Assembly: GCA_020058085.1 (NCBI GenBank) | Contig: JAGVER010000010.1 | Coordinates: forward strand, 1,549-65,548 | Source: Candidatus Omnitrophota bacterium | Lineage (GTDB): Bacteria; Omnitrophota; Gorgyraeia; Gygaellales; Profunditerraquicolaceae | Direction: 5' to 3' | DNA: 64,000 nucleotides | Part shown: piece after piece, positions 26,311 to 36,507 of the stretch | How positions within the stretch are numbered: the stretch's first letter is position 1 | How the letters are laid out: each line of letters begins with the position of its first letter | Notes under the pieces: model-generated | The model's database searches: none | What the model was told of the DNA's origin: nothing | Seen by the model: the letters and a program-made list of their open reading frames with translations, nothing else | Program-made: the position numbers and the translations under genes

Positions 26311-26583
26311 TTAGAAAACTTTACATAACATAAGTATGCCTATAAGAATAAATGAAGACGCACCGACGTAACGTATTATCTCCGGTTTGATAAATTTCGC
26401 CATAACCGCACCGATGATAACCGAAATAATCGTAACGATGACATAGGCTGAAACCGAGCCTAACCATACTGAAATCGGCTTCCCTGTCTTAGCTGCCATG
26501 CCAATACCGACTAATTGCGTCTTATCCGCTAATTCCGCAAAGAATACCGCTGTAAAAGTAGCTAAAAAGACTCTCCAATCCAT
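26311..26583 (-). CDS. UPF0016 / GDT1-family single-domain membrane protein (putative Mn2+/Ca2+ transporter subunit)
   Basis: Start moved to MDWRVFLATFTAVFFAELADKTQLV (E-x-x-D-K-T signature), with GGAGGAG SD. The first 40 codons of ORF 26311..26703 read through the repeat element and are discounted. Confidence 0.75.
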   Translation of the reverse strand: MDWRVFLATFTAVFFAELADKTQLVGIGMAAKTGKPISVWLGSVSAYVIVTIISVIIGAVMAKFIKPEIIRYVGASSFILIGILMLCKVF

Positions 26584-26735
26584 GATTCTCCTCCTTGCCC
26601 ATAAGGGCACACCCGCGCAATTTTCGCCATAAGGCGAACACTGGCCCAATCCCAATAAGGGCCAGGTGCCTATAAGCGTGGGGTGTTGCGCAGAAGCGCA
26701 CACCGGCCTCTCCTCTTAGGCCGGGTGACATTTTT
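26584..26735. repeat. Structured intergenic repeat, copy A' (three-way junction plus two extra hairpins)
   Basis: 26591-26690 is ~95% identical to 2871-2970. It is extended by TGCGC-AGAA-GCGCA 26687-26700, CACCGGCC...GGCCGGGTG 26701-26727, and T6 at 26731-26736. Confidence 0.85.
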
Positions 26736-26844
26736 TAACAAAACAACAGATTATAATCTTATTATGATAACATAGCCTTAAATAATAAACAATATTTATA
26801 TCAGGCTGAAAAGCCTATAAAAGGCAAAGAGATCTGTAATTTCC

Positions 26845-27528
26845 TTATCTATAGCTTAGCTTACAGGCACCTTCAATAATGCCAGCGATATCAGTTAAAT
26901 TATCGGCTACGATATCTGCTTTTTTAAGGTATGCTTTTGGAAGGCTGGTAGTTAGGGCAATACAAAACATCCCTGCTTTCTTAGCAGATTCTATACCAAA
27001 GGGAGCATTTTCTATCACCACGCACTGGGAAGGTTTTAAACCTATTGATTTGGCGCATTTAATATATGGCTCGGGATGAGGCTTACCTCTCTTTACCTGG
27101 TTTCCCGCAACCAAAGAATCAAATAATGACAAGATCTTTGCAGGGAGTATTTTACTCACTTCTTCTGAAGGGCTACCGGTAACTAGGCCCAAAATATAAC
27201 CTTTGTTTTTAAGACAACGTAAGAAATCATCTGCTCCCTTAAAGATAAAACGCTTAAAATAACTCTTGAATATCTTCTGCCGTTTCAGAAAAATCTCCCT
27301 TAAAAGGCTCGCTTTAGGTTTGATACCTGCACGGATTAAGAGATCTTTTAATGTCTTCTCCCAGTTCTCGCCTTCTTTTGCATAGACATCAAAACAACTC
27401 ACGCGTACCCCGTATGCCCTCAAAGCTTCATACCAAGCGAGAAAATGATAAGGCATAGAATCAATAATAACTCCATCCATATCAAAAATTATTGCGCGCG
27501 GGCTAAATTTTAATTTAGGCATCATCAA
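26845..27528 (-). CDS. HAD-superfamily hydrolase (beta-phosphoglucomutase-like subfamily IA)
   Basis: 227 aa. Motif I IIFDMDGVIIDS, LVTGS, GKPHPEPY, IENAPFGIESAKKAGM. Confidence 0.8.
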   Translation of the reverse strand: MMMPKLKFSPRAIIFDMDGVIIDSMPYHFLAWYEALRAYGVRVSCFDVYAKEGENWEKTLKDLLIRAGIKPKASLLREIFLKRQKIFKSYFKRFIFKGADDFLRCLKNKGYILGLVTGSPSEEVSKILPAKILSLFDSLVAGNQVKRGKPHPEPYIKCAKSIGLKPSQCVVIENAPFGIESAKKAGMFCIALTTSLPKAYLKKADIVADNLTDIAGIIEGACKLSYR

Positions 27529-27529
27529 A

Positions 27530-28249
27530 CTAGTCCAATGATGAAGTAGAGAGATTTCTCTCTATAAATTCTACTAATCTCTGCTGGGTCTCTGCAGGCA
27601 TATCCGTAAACTCTACCCCCATCCCGGGATATGAATGCGGCTGTATTTGTTTATCGGGTATCCAAACTACATAGGCATCCAATTCAAGCTCATCCTGTTT
27701 CGGAGGCAGTTTCATCTTCAAAACGACTTTATCTCCTAACTTAAATTTATTACAGCCAAATATAAAAGCGCCTACCGCGCTTAAATTAATAAGATCCAAG
27801 TTCAGACAAACAGGGCTTCTCTGGTCTTTGGTCTTCAGCTCTATCTTTATATCGATAGGCAGGCGTTTAAACCTGCGGCGGAGCTGCATCTTCTTAATAT
27901 CTTCAATAATCTTATCCTCTTTAAAACTCTCTAGGGCCATCTCTTCATCCGGGCATATCTCTACAACCTTGTCTAAGCCTGCAATACAAAAAATATTCCT
28001 GACATGTATCGGGACATTGATAAATTTAATTCTACCCCGGGCATTGACCACCTCTTTATAAACGATCACGATAACGGATATGCCCATATAATCAATAAAA
28101 TCAATCTCTTCTAGATTACATATGATATCGGTGTAACCGTCGCGCAAACACTGTGCCACTGCTTCAATCAAATTAGCGCAATCCGCATCAATTCGCCCGG
28201 ATAAATCTAAAATCACAACTCCATTTCTCTGTCTTGCTTTAATATCCAT
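27530..28249 (-). CDS. STAS (anti-sigma-antagonist-like) - PilZ fusion protein
   Basis: N-terminal STAS pattern VVILDLSGRIDA...IDFIDYMGISVIV. The C-terminal PilZ c-di-GMP motifs are RRRFKR and DLINLSAVGAF. Start taken at MDIKARQ. Confidence 0.7.
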   Translation of the reverse strand: MDIKARQRNGVVILDLSGRIDADCANLIEAVAQCLRDGYTDIICNLEEIDFIDYMGISVIVIVYKEVVNARGRIKFINVPIHVRNIFCIAGLDKVVEICPDEEMALESFKEDKIIEDIKKMQLRRRFKRLPIDIKIELKTKDQRSPVCLNLDLINLSAVGAFIFGCNKFKLGDKVVLKMKLPPKQDELELDAYVVWIPDKQIQPHSYPGMGVEFTDMPAETQQRLVEFIERNLSTSSLD

Positions 28250-29513
28250 AAGATGATCCCTCAATAAATTTCCTGATTAACGCAATATTCCTCTTGGTCG
28301 CTCCCTTATTATTCAAGATTACCTCCGAGGCGTTCTTAACTAATCTTTCCACTTTAAGATTATTATTTAACAGGCTACTTACGGCAACTATGAGGCTTTC
28401 CTGATCAAAAACTTCAAGTGCTGCCTTATTCTCCAGGAATCTCTGGGCAATATCGCGAAAGTTAAACATATACGGCCCGAAAATTACCGGTTTCCCCGCG
28501 CTGGCAGGCTCCAAAATATTCTGTCCTCCCTTCTTAACTAGGCTTCCTCCCACAAAAACAATATCTGCCGCGCTATAAAATAAAACTAATTCTCCAACTG
28601 TATCTAATATAAAAACATCATTCTCAAGCGGCGCCTTCCGACCAAGCAAACTTACCTTCTCTGGCTTAAAGCCGAGGTTATTGGCTAAATTCTTCACCTC
28701 ATCTGCCCTCTCCGGATGACGAGGAGCAAGCAAGAGACGAAGATCAGGAAAGTCATTTAATAGTAAACGATACGCGTTTAATAAAATCTCTTCTTCTCCC
28801 GGATGAGTTGAACCAGCCAGAAGAAGCCTCTCCTCTATCTTTAACCCTAATCTTTTTTTATAAACCGTAGGATCCACCGTCCGGGCAGGTATTTGATCAA
28901 ACTTCATATTTCCGGTAACCACTATATTCCCCGGTTTGGCTCCCAGGGTATTTAATCTAAAACTATCACTTCCGGCCTGCGCGCAGAAAATATTTATTTT
29001 ATTTAAAATTGGTTTAAGTAGATATTTAATAGCCAAATAACCCTTAAAAGATGCGTCGGAGATCCGGGCATTAAGTATAGCAATAGGAATGCCAGATTTA
29101 TAGAGAGAGGTTATAAGATTCGGCCAGATTTCAGTCTCGGCAATAATAAAAACGCAGGGCTTAATTCTTTTAATTACTCCCCGCAGAATAAAACTAAAAT
29201 CCAACGGCAGATAAGTAATAAAATCTCCTTCTTGGGCGATCGAATGGGCGATCTTATTCCCGGTAGGAGTTACAGTAGAAATTACAAGACTTTTGAGCGG
29301 ATAGTTACGGCGAAGCTCACTAATTAACTCGCGCATAGCCATAACCTCCCCTACGCTAACCGCGTGAATCCAGATAGGCTCATTAAAAACTAATCCTTCG
29401 GGGATAAAACCTAAACGCCTTAAGAATCCCCGGTGGAACTTCCCTTTTAATAGATATACCGGAAGATAAATTAAAGTAAAAACAAAAAATATTAAATTAT
29501 AAATAATAGACAT
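28239..29513 (-). CDS. waaA: 3-deoxy-D-manno-octulosonic acid (KDO) transferase
   Basis: 424 aa. WIHAVSVGEV, GGSLVKKGGQNILEPA. Confidence 0.9.
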   Translation of the reverse strand: MSIIYNLIFFVFTLIYLPVYLLKGKFHRGFLRRLGFIPEGLVFNEPIWIHAVSVGEVMAMRELISELRRNYPLKSLVISTVTPTGNKIAHSIAQEGDFITYLPLDFSFILRGVIKRIKPCVFIIAETEIWPNLITSLYKSGIPIAILNARISDASFKGYLAIKYLLKPILNKINIFCAQAGSDSFRLNTLGAKPGNIVVTGNMKFDQIPARTVDPTVYKKRLGLKIEERLLLAGSTHPGEEEILLNAYRLLLNDFPDLRLLLAPRHPERADEVKNLANNLGFKPEKVSLLGRKAPLENDVFILDTVGELVLFYSAADIVFVGGSLVKKGGQNILEPASAGKPVIFGPYMFNFRDIAQRFLENKAALEVFDQESLIVAVSSLLNNNLKVERLVKNASEVILNNKGATKRNIALIRKFIEGSSYGY

Positions 29514-29522
29514 ACTCTTTTC

Positions 29523-30392
29523 TTAAGCATGAGGATGCGCCTTATCATAAACACTCTTTAATTTTTCCGTAGTCAGATGTGTATAAATTTGGGTAGTAGA
29601 TAGGTTAGCGTGCCCCAATAATTCTTGAACCGTACGCAAATCTGCTCCGCGATTTAATAAATGAGTAGCAAAAGAATGCCTTAACGTATGCGGAGAGAGA
29701 CCCTGATGGGCCCCGGAGCATCTTAAATACTTCTCTACGATACCATGCACCCCGCGCGTTGTAAGACGCTTACCGTTTTTATTCAAAAAGGCGGTTTCAC
29801 TCTTTTTCTTTCTTTTATCGAGGTAGCTTCTTATAGATATAAGGGCGACATCGCCTATTGGCACGATCCGTTCCTTCTTCCCTTTACCCATAACTTTAAT
29901 TATACCACTTATAAAGTCAATATCGCTTAAGTTCAAAGCCACCAGTTCAGAGATGCGCAAACCGCTGGAATAAAATGTCTCTAGAATTGCCCGATCGCGC
30001 AGCCCGCGTTCATCTCTATCGTCTTTAGCAAACGCTGACTCTATTAACTTGCCTACTTCTTCCTCGGTCATGAACGAGGGGAGATGCTTATCAAGCTTAG
30101 GGCTTGAAAGCATAAGTATAGGATTTACTTTCAGGTAATTTTCCCGGGTCAGAAACCTGAAAAAGCTGCGCAAGGTCGAAAGATGGCGGCCAACGCTCCT
30201 ATTCCCCAGGCTCTTCTCTTTTAGGACTGCGAGGTACTTCCTTAAAAAAAGGTAATCTATTTTTTCAAACTCTATCTCGCCGCAGAATTTCTTAAAATCT
30301 TCCAGATCCAATTTATAATTTAAGATGGTATGCGCGGAATAGTTCTTCTCAATCTCTAAATAACGCATGAACTTCTCGATATATTTATCCAT
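29523..30392 (-). CDS. xerC: Tyrosine site-specific recombinase XerC/XerD
   Basis: 289 aa. SAM-like N-domain; catalytic RxxxLETFYSSGLRISE, HTLRHSFATHLL, LGHANLSTTQIYTH. Confidence 0.9.
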   Translation of the reverse strand: MDKYIEKFMRYLEIEKNYSAHTILNYKLDLEDFKKFCGEIEFEKIDYLFLRKYLAVLKEKSLGNRSVGRHLSTLRSFFRFLTRENYLKVNPILMLSSPKLDKHLPSFMTEEEVGKLIESAFAKDDRDERGLRDRAILETFYSSGLRISELVALNLSDIDFISGIIKVMGKGKKERIVPIGDVALISIRSYLDKRKKKSETAFLNKNGKRLTTRGVHGIVEKYLRCSGAHQGLSPHTLRHSFATHLLNRGADLRTVQELLGHANLSTTQIYTHLTTEKLKSVYDKAHPHA

Positions 30393-30408
30393 AACTACCC
30401 AGGAATTT

Positions 30409-31758
30409 TTAATTTATCCCCTTCATAATCTTATCTTCTCGTTGTTTATCTAAATTAATAACCTCGAAAATCTTTCCCAACTCACTTTTTTTTAGGCCGG
30501 TGGCAGATTGAAATTCAGCCTGAACAATATCATAAACTCCTTTATGACCATTATCAATTAAGGTCTTGAGAACTTCTCCTGCGGCATCAAATAATTTTTG
30601 AGTTTCAGATTTATTCCAGGAATGCCTAGGCAAGTTAACAAATTTAGGCACATTATTATAAACATCTAATATTTTTCTTACAATTCCACTGTCACCCGTA
30701 GCTTCAAATTCTTCATTTAAACTCGATAAGCTATCAGGAGAATCAGCGTTGGGAGACTTAAAATTTTCAGCCTCCTTTATTATATTTTGTATTATTTTCT
30801 TCTGTTTTCCTAAATAGTAACTCTGCATTTCTTGTATCTTACTTAAAACCGTTTTATCATTACGCGCTACTGTCGCATAAAAATGGAAAGTTCGAGGGTG
30901 AAAATATTCATAATTGCTACAGTAAATTGGATCGGCTAAGTTTACTTTTAACAAAGCGAGTAACTTATCTGGTTGCGGATATTTATAGTAGTAAATTGTA
31001 ATCCTTTGAACATCTTGTGTGGTTAATCCTACCTCTTTTAAAGCAACATTGTAGTCGAATACCTGCCCTTGCAATGACTTTTTTGCAATATTATTATCTA
31101 CTTGAAATTGTAAAGTTTGAGCAAATGCAATAGCCGCATCTTTTATATTTTTTCTTATTTCTTCTTTCTTTTTAAGTGAATGATCTTCTTCAGCTACGAA
31201 TCCAACGCTAACAAAATAAACATAATCTCCGAAAATGAATGTCAAAATTCCTCTTCTGCCATCAGCCTTTATAAGCGGGCCACCATTGGTGCTAACGCTA
31301 CAAGTCGCACCTTTTGGTATATACACCTCTGCATAATATGATCCTTCAAAAAGTTCACCTAGATATTTCTGATAGTCAATCGTTGCTTCTTTAATAGAAT
31401 CCCAAATAGTAAGCGGCATATACCATTTCTCAAATGTCCCCTTCAGGTATTGCTCTCTACCAATTTCTTCCAAATCAGTTAATCCTTCTGTAGAAATTGG
31501 CGTAAATTCAATACGATATAAATGACAGAGATCATCGGTGAAACTAATACTATTTTCATGATCGTCAATTTTACCACCAAAATGTTCATCCACCGGAATT
31601 ATAACTTTATATATTCGCGATGGCGGATAATAGTATTTACTATCTATAATCCCTACAGTAACATTTTTTGACTCTGTCTCCCCATTGCAAATATCTGGAA
31701 TAAACATGTTAATTAGCAGACAACCGAATATTAAATTAGGCAATATATTATTTTTCAT
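30409..31758 (-). CDS. Hypothetical secreted protein (orphan)
   Basis: Start moved to MKNNILPNLIFGCLLINMF, just after the topA stop. AT-rich. No recognisable family. Confidence 0.55.
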   Translation of the reverse strand: MKNNILPNLIFGCLLINMFIPDICNGETESKNVTVGIIDSKYYYPPSRIYKVIIPVDEHFGGKIDDHENSISFTDDLCHLYRIEFTPISTEGLTDLEEIGREQYLKGTFEKWYMPLTIWDSIKEATIDYQKYLGELFEGSYYAEVYIPKGATCSVSTNGGPLIKADGRRGILTFIFGDYVYFVSVGFVAEEDHSLKKKEEIRKNIKDAAIAFAQTLQFQVDNNIAKKSLQGQVFDYNVALKEVGLTTQDVQRITIYYYKYPQPDKLLALLKVNLADPIYCSNYEYFHPRTFHFYATVARNDKTVLSKIQEMQSYYLGKQKKIIQNIIKEAENFKSPNADSPDSLSSLNEEFEATGDSGIVRKILDVYNNVPKFVNLPRHSWNKSETQKLFDAAGEVLKTLIDNGHKGVYDIVQAEFQSATGLKKSELGKIFEVINLDKQREDKIMKGIN

Positions 31759-31771
31759 TCTTTCTGCAATG

Positions 31772-33757
31772 CTACTTATCTTCCGGCAAGTCGCGGGAAA
31801 CAAACCTACACTTGGGGAAATTCGAACAACCATAAAAAAATCCACGCGCAGAGCGACGTTCGATCAATTCTCCGCCGCAGCCTTCTTGCGGGCATTTAAC
31901 CCCAGAAGTAATAGATTTTGAACCTTTACATTCCGGAAACCCCGAGCAGCTTAAGAACTTTCCCCGTCGTCCCCATTTAACAATCATAGGCTTACCGCAA
32001 AGATCACAAACCTTATCAGTAGTAATAACCTCTTTTTTAACATTACTCTGGGCAAAATCAAGGCTGACCTTAAAAGGAGCGTAAAAATCTTCCAGAACCT
32101 TAAGTTTTTTAAGCCTGCCTTCTTCAATTTCGTCCAGCTGCTCTTCCATTAACGCGGTAAATTTTATATCTACAACCTTAGGGAAATATTCCACTAATAA
32201 ATCACATACCTTAAAACCTAATTCCGTGGGATTAAAATAGCCTTTTATCCGGCGTGCGTAATCACGCAGGATTATTGTATAAATTATCGGCGCATAGGTA
32301 GAAGGCCTGCCTATACCATCCTCCTCGAGTGCCTTAATTAATGAGCTATCTGAATAACGCGCCGGCGGCTTAGTAAAATGCTGTGAAGGAGTAATTTTAA
32401 GCAAATCTAAAATATCTCCCTTTTCCAATAAAGGTATTTTATTTTTCTTACCCCCTTGATCATCATCTTCTTCTTCGTCTTCGTTATTCTTATATGCTAA
32501 AAGAAATCCATCAAAGAGAAGCGTACTGCCGGAAGCGCTAAATAGATATTTGCCTGCCTCTATATCTACTGAAATTACAGCGAAAAGAGCTGGCTTCATC
32601 TGGCTGGCGAGAAAACGATTATAAATAAGGGTATATAATTTATGCTGATCGGGAGTTAAAAAATTCTTTAAACTCTCCGGATGGCGCGATACAAACGTTG
32701 GCCGAATCGCCTCATGGGCTTCTTGTGCGAGTTTTTTTACTTTATAATAATTAGGCTTATCCGGCAGGTAATCTTTGCCAAAACTTAAAGCGATATAATC
32801 ACGTACTTCATTAATCGCTTCCGGCGCAACACGCGGAGAATCCGTACGCATATAAGTGATAAGGCCTACTGGATTATCCTGCCCAATATCAATACCTTCG
32901 TAAAGTTGTTGCGCCAAGAGCATAGTCTTATTAGCATTAAACCTAAGCTTATTAAAAGCATCCTGTTGCATAGTGCTGGTAATAAAAGGCGCGCTGGGGT
33001 AACGTTTTTTCTCGCTTTTCTTTATCTCTAAAACTATGAATTTTTCGATCTTGGCTTCTTGGCAAACCTTCTCTGTCTCTTGCTCATTTTTTATCTCGGC
33101 TTTTTGACCACTTACTTTATTTAATTTCGCGAGAAAATTATTCTCGCCCTTAGCTAATTCCGCTTCAACTTCCCAATATTCCTTAGCAATAAATTTCTGA
33201 ATCTCTCGTTCTCTCTCTATTATTAGCCTTAAAGCTACTGATTGGACCCGCCCAGCGCTTAAACCACGGGCAATCTTCTTCCAGAGCAGAGGGCTTAAAA
33301 AATATCCCACAATCCTATCTAAAACCCGACGGCCTACCTGCGCCTCAACCATATTAAGGTCAAAATCCCTTGGGCTTTTGAATGCCTCATTTACCGCCGC
33401 AGGAGTAATCTCATGAAAAGTAACCCTCAAGACATTATTATTCTTCTTAAAAACACGCTCTTTCAACTGCCAGCCGATAGCTTCACCTTCTCGATCAGGA
33501 TCAGTAGCAATATAAATAGCGTCTTTGTTCTTGGCTTCTTTTTTGAGGCTGGCCAAAACCTTCTGCCTGCCCGGTAAGGTAACATACTCCGGCTCAAATC
33601 CTTTTTCAAGGTCAACCCCTAATTTCTTCTGGGGCAGATCAATAATATGCCCCATAGAAGAGACTACACTAAAATTATCTCCTAATATCTTTTTAATAGT
33701 TTTAGCCTTAGTCGGCGACTCTACGATTACTAAACTCTTTCCCTGCATTAAGAGCAC
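31772..33757 (-). CDS. topA: DNA topoisomerase I with C-terminal zinc ribbons
   Basis: 661 aa. TOPRIM LVIVESPTKAKTI, DPDREGE, active-site region YMRTDS, C-terminal CxxC zinc fingers. Confidence 0.95.
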   Translation of the reverse strand: MLLMQGKSLVIVESPTKAKTIKKILGDNFSVVSSMGHIIDLPQKKLGVDLEKGFEPEYVTLPGRQKVLASLKKEAKNKDAIYIATDPDREGEAIGWQLKERVFKKNNNVLRVTFHEITPAAVNEAFKSPRDFDLNMVEAQVGRRVLDRIVGYFLSPLLWKKIARGLSAGRVQSVALRLIIEREREIQKFIAKEYWEVEAELAKGENNFLAKLNKVSGQKAEIKNEQETEKVCQEAKIEKFIVLEIKKSEKKRYPSAPFITSTMQQDAFNKLRFNANKTMLLAQQLYEGIDIGQDNPVGLITYMRTDSPRVAPEAINEVRDYIALSFGKDYLPDKPNYYKVKKLAQEAHEAIRPTFVSRHPESLKNFLTPDQHKLYTLIYNRFLASQMKPALFAVISVDIEAGKYLFSASGSTLLFDGFLLAYKNNEDEEEDDDQGGKKNKIPLLEKGDILDLLKITPSQHFTKPPARYSDSSLIKALEEDGIGRPSTYAPIIYTIILRDYARRIKGYFNPTELGFKVCDLLVEYFPKVVDIKFTALMEEQLDEIEEGRLKKLKVLEDFYAPFKVSLDFAQSNVKKEVITTDKVCDLCGKPMIVKWGRRGKFLSCSGFPECKGSKSITSGVKCPQEGCGGELIERRSARGFFYGCSNFPKCRFVSRDLPEDK

Positions 33758-34836
33758 CTCACGAACTGTTTGCCCGGTAATTGCTTGACTAATTTTCGTA
33801 TTTGCAACTTTAAAAGCATATCGGAGATTCGGGGAATATCCATCTCTGTTCTTTCAACTAACTCCTCTAATTGAATAGCCTGAAGGGATATTAAATTAAG
33901 GAGCTTCTCTTCTTCGCCGCTCCCTAGAGATTCCTTATTCTTGACTAATTCTTTTTTATCAACGGGCAGAGACAAGACAAACTCCTCTAAAATGTCAAAA
34001 ACATTGGAAGTTAATTTTGCCCCCTGCTTGATTAATTCATTGGTGCCAAAAGAAGTAGGAGAATCAATCTTTCCGGGGATAGCGAAAACTTCCCTATTTT
34101 GCTCCAAGGCAAAATCAGCAGTAATTAAAGCGCCGCTATTTCTGGCTGCCTCAACTACTAATATCCCTAAACTCATCCCGCTGATCAAACGGTTGCGCCG
34201 GGGAAAATTTTGCGGCAATGGTTTAGTGTCTAAAGAAAACTCAGAAATTACCGCCCCATTTTCGGAGATTTCCTCGGCTAATTTCTTATTTTCCGCGGGA
34301 TATAGATAATTAAAACCGCTTCCGATTATGGCAATTGTACGCCCGCCTGATTTCAATGCTCCCCTATGGCTATAAGTATCTATACCGCGAGCCATACCCG
34401 AAACAATGGTAAAACCATGCGTAGCCAATTCGGAAGAAAACCCTTCAGCTTGGCTTAATCCGTAAAAAGAGGCCCTGCGTGAACCTATAAGGCCAATAGC
34501 AAAGCTATCTTCCGGTTTTAATTTACCTTTGAGATAAAGCACTATTGGCGGATCAAAAATATTCTTAAGATTAATCGGATAATCATCGTCTTCAATTGTA
34601 ATAATCTTCAACCCTAATTTTTTGGCCAGATCTAATTCTTTTCCTATGCTCTCTTTCTTCAAAGAAATAATCTTGTCAGCGATTTTTTCTCCAATTCCAT
34701 AGATTGCCGTTAGTCTCTGCCGGGAAGCCATTAAAATCTCCTCTGGGCTGCCTAAATATTCAACGAGTTTTTTAAACCTGACGCTGCCGATTTCACCAAC
34801 CATATTTAAAGCAACCAATGCCTCTAGCCTTGTCAT
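33748..34836 (-). CDS. dprA: DNA processing protein A (Smf)
   Basis: 362 aa. GSRRASFYG, VSGMARGIDT, FPRRNRLISG motifs. Confidence 0.92.
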   Translation of the reverse strand: MTRLEALVALNMVGEIGSVRFKKLVEYLGSPEEILMASRQRLTAIYGIGEKIADKIISLKKESIGKELDLAKKLGLKIITIEDDDYPINLKNIFDPPIVLYLKGKLKPEDSFAIGLIGSRRASFYGLSQAEGFSSELATHGFTIVSGMARGIDTYSHRGALKSGGRTIAIIGSGFNYLYPAENKKLAEEISENGAVISEFSLDTKPLPQNFPRRNRLISGMSLGILVVEAARNSGALITADFALEQNREVFAIPGKIDSPTSFGTNELIKQGAKLTSNVFDILEEFVLSLPVDKKELVKNKESLGSGEEEKLLNLISLQAIQLEELVERTEMDIPRISDMLLKLQIRKLVKQLPGKQFVRCS

Positions 34837-34841
34837 TTATT

Positions 34842-35933
34842 TTAATATAGGTTTTTTTCGCGGATTAACTTTGCTTTTCCCGATACTTCTTCAGCCTTAT
34901 CAAATTTACGCATCTTTCGATAAAACTTGGCCATATTATCCAAAACCTTGGCTACATTTAAATGATCAGGCCCAAGGTTACTTAGCATTATCTCTAAATA
35001 ATCTTCATAAATATTCTCTGCCTCAATATACCTTGTTTGTTTTAAATAGAGATTAGGAAGACTATCGATAATTTTGGGCGCATCCGGATGCCAAGGCCCA
35101 AGATAAAGATCGTTGATATCTAGTAAACGTTTATAGATAGGCTCATTACGCTGATTCCATAATTTATCCGCTTCTGATTGAAGACGGTTTAGAGCCTCAC
35201 CAACACTTGCATCTTCCTGATAAAAATTGCCTTTAAACAAGCCCCATGCATATCTGTAATATTGTTCTGCTTCTTTATCTTTACCTTGCATTTCATAGAG
35301 CTTACCTATATCGTCAAGCGGGCGAATCAAAATAGGATGCCCTTCTCCATAAGCCCCTGCGATTGATTGCAAAGAAAACATTAGCATTTTTTCTGCTTCT
35401 TCATATTTACGCTCATCTTTATACAAAGAACCCAGGTGGCTAAGAATAAGTGACGTATTAGGATTGCCACTGCCAAAATTCTTCTCTAATATTGCCTGAG
35501 AATTCTTATAAGACTTTTCCGCCTCAAAATATTTACGCCTAATCTGGTAATTCTCCCCTATATTATTCCAGACTTTAGCTGTATTAAAGTTGTCTAATCC
35601 TAAATTTTTTTCGTATATCGCTAATGCGCGACTATAAAGTTTATCTGCTTCCAAATATTTGCCCTTGATTTTATAAAGAGCAGCTAAATTATTTAGCATT
35701 ACAGCAGCATTAAGATGCTCCGGGCCAAATTTTTTTTCTATAGAATGTAAGGCATCCTCACTCAAATCTATAGCCTTCTGGTATTTAGCATTAAAATACG
35801 CATCTATGTAACCTTCTAGATACTCCTCTATCTCCCAAGATATATCTTCCTGAGCATAAGAGAAAGAGAGAAAAGCTATAGCAACTAAGATTAATACAAG
35901 CCTCTTTGATAATTTCATAAATTCCCTTATCAT
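34842..35933 (-). CDS. Secreted TPR-repeat protein (TPR_10/12-like)
   Basis: 363 aa. Signal peptide, then repeated NLAxLYxxxGKYxEAExLY units. Confidence 0.75.
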   Translation of the reverse strand: MIREFMKLSKRLVLILVAIAFLSFSYAQEDISWEIEEYLEGYIDAYFNAKYQKAIDLSEDALHSIEKKFGPEHLNAAVMLNNLAALYKIKGKYLEADKLYSRALAIYEKNLGLDNFNTAKVWNNIGENYQIRRKYFEAEKSYKNSQAILEKNFGSGNPNTSLILSHLGSLYKDERKYEEAEKMLMFSLQSIAGAYGEGHPILIRPLDDIGKLYEMQGKDKEAEQYYRYAWGLFKGNFYQEDASVGEALNRLQSEADKLWNQRNEPIYKRLLDINDLYLGPWHPDAPKIIDSLPNLYLKQTRYIEAENIYEDYLEIMLSNLGPDHLNVAKVLDNMAKFYRKMRKFDKAEEVSGKAKLIREKNLY

Positions 35934-35943
35934 TCTTACGCCC

Positions 35944-36438
35944 CTAAATAATCTTTACGATCTTTTCAACTATCTCTTTTACGGAAAGTTTTGAAGTATC
36001 GATACACCTATTTGCCATGGCATAATACGGTGCTCGCAATTTAAGCAGAAGGCTTATTCTTTCTTTAGGATTACCGGCATTGAGAAGCGGACGGTTAGCC
36101 GCTCTCGAGGTCCTTTTCAAGATAACAGAGGGATCGGCCTTAAGACAAATCATCACCCCACTCTCCTTCATTCTCTTTATATTTTCTTTATTAATAACGA
36201 CTCCGCCTCCGCAGGCAACTACAAATTTTCCTTGAGAAGAGACTTCTTTGAGTACTCTCTTCTCAAGAATCCTAAAATAAGACTCTCCTTTTTTACTAAA
36301 AATATCCGAAACAGTCTTCCCTTCTCTTAATTCGATCAGCTCATCCAAATCGGCAAACCGCCACTTCTTTTTCTTAGCAAGTTCGCGGCCGACCGTAGTC
36401 TTCCCAGTCCCCATAAATCCAACTAAATAAATATTCAT
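35944..36438 (-). CDS. aroK: Shikimate kinase
   Basis: 164 aa. P-loop GFMGTGKTTVGR, DLD, GGGVV. Confidence 0.92.
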   Translation of the reverse strand: MNIYLVGFMGTGKTTVGRELAKKKKWRFADLDELIELREGKTVSDIFSKKGESYFRILEKRVLKEVSSQGKFVVACGGGVVINKENIKRMKESGVMICLKADPSVILKRTSRAANRPLLNAGNPKERISLLLKLRAPYYAMANRCIDTSKLSVKEIVEKIVKII

Positions 36439-36450
36439 ATTCTTAATAAT

Positions 36451-36503
36451 CGAGACGCTTTCCCCAGCCCTATACTTGTCATAGAGTTAGCGAAAGCGTC
36501 TCG
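36451..36503 (-). terminator. 12-bp-stem hairpin between spoVG and aroK (terminator/attenuator candidate)
   Basis: CGAGACGCTTTC (36451-36462) and GAAAGCGTCTCG (36492-36503) with a 29-nt loop. On the minus strand it is followed by AUUAUUAAGAAU. The large loop is atypical for an intrinsic terminator. Confidence 0.3.
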
Positions 36504-36507
36504 AAGC

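Noticed and set aside
26522-26731. 69-aa ORF, and the 40-codon N-terminal extension of ORF 26311..26703
   Set aside because: Both read through the structured repeat, and the same sequence upstream of serA is non-coding. The real UPF0016 start with an SD is at 26583.
26584-26735. Possible yybP-ykoY (manganese) riboswitch, because the downstream gene is a UPF0016 transporter
   Set aside because: The same element at ~95% identity precedes serA. I could not find the conserved yybP-ykoY four-helix core sequences. Needs an Rfam scan to be certain.
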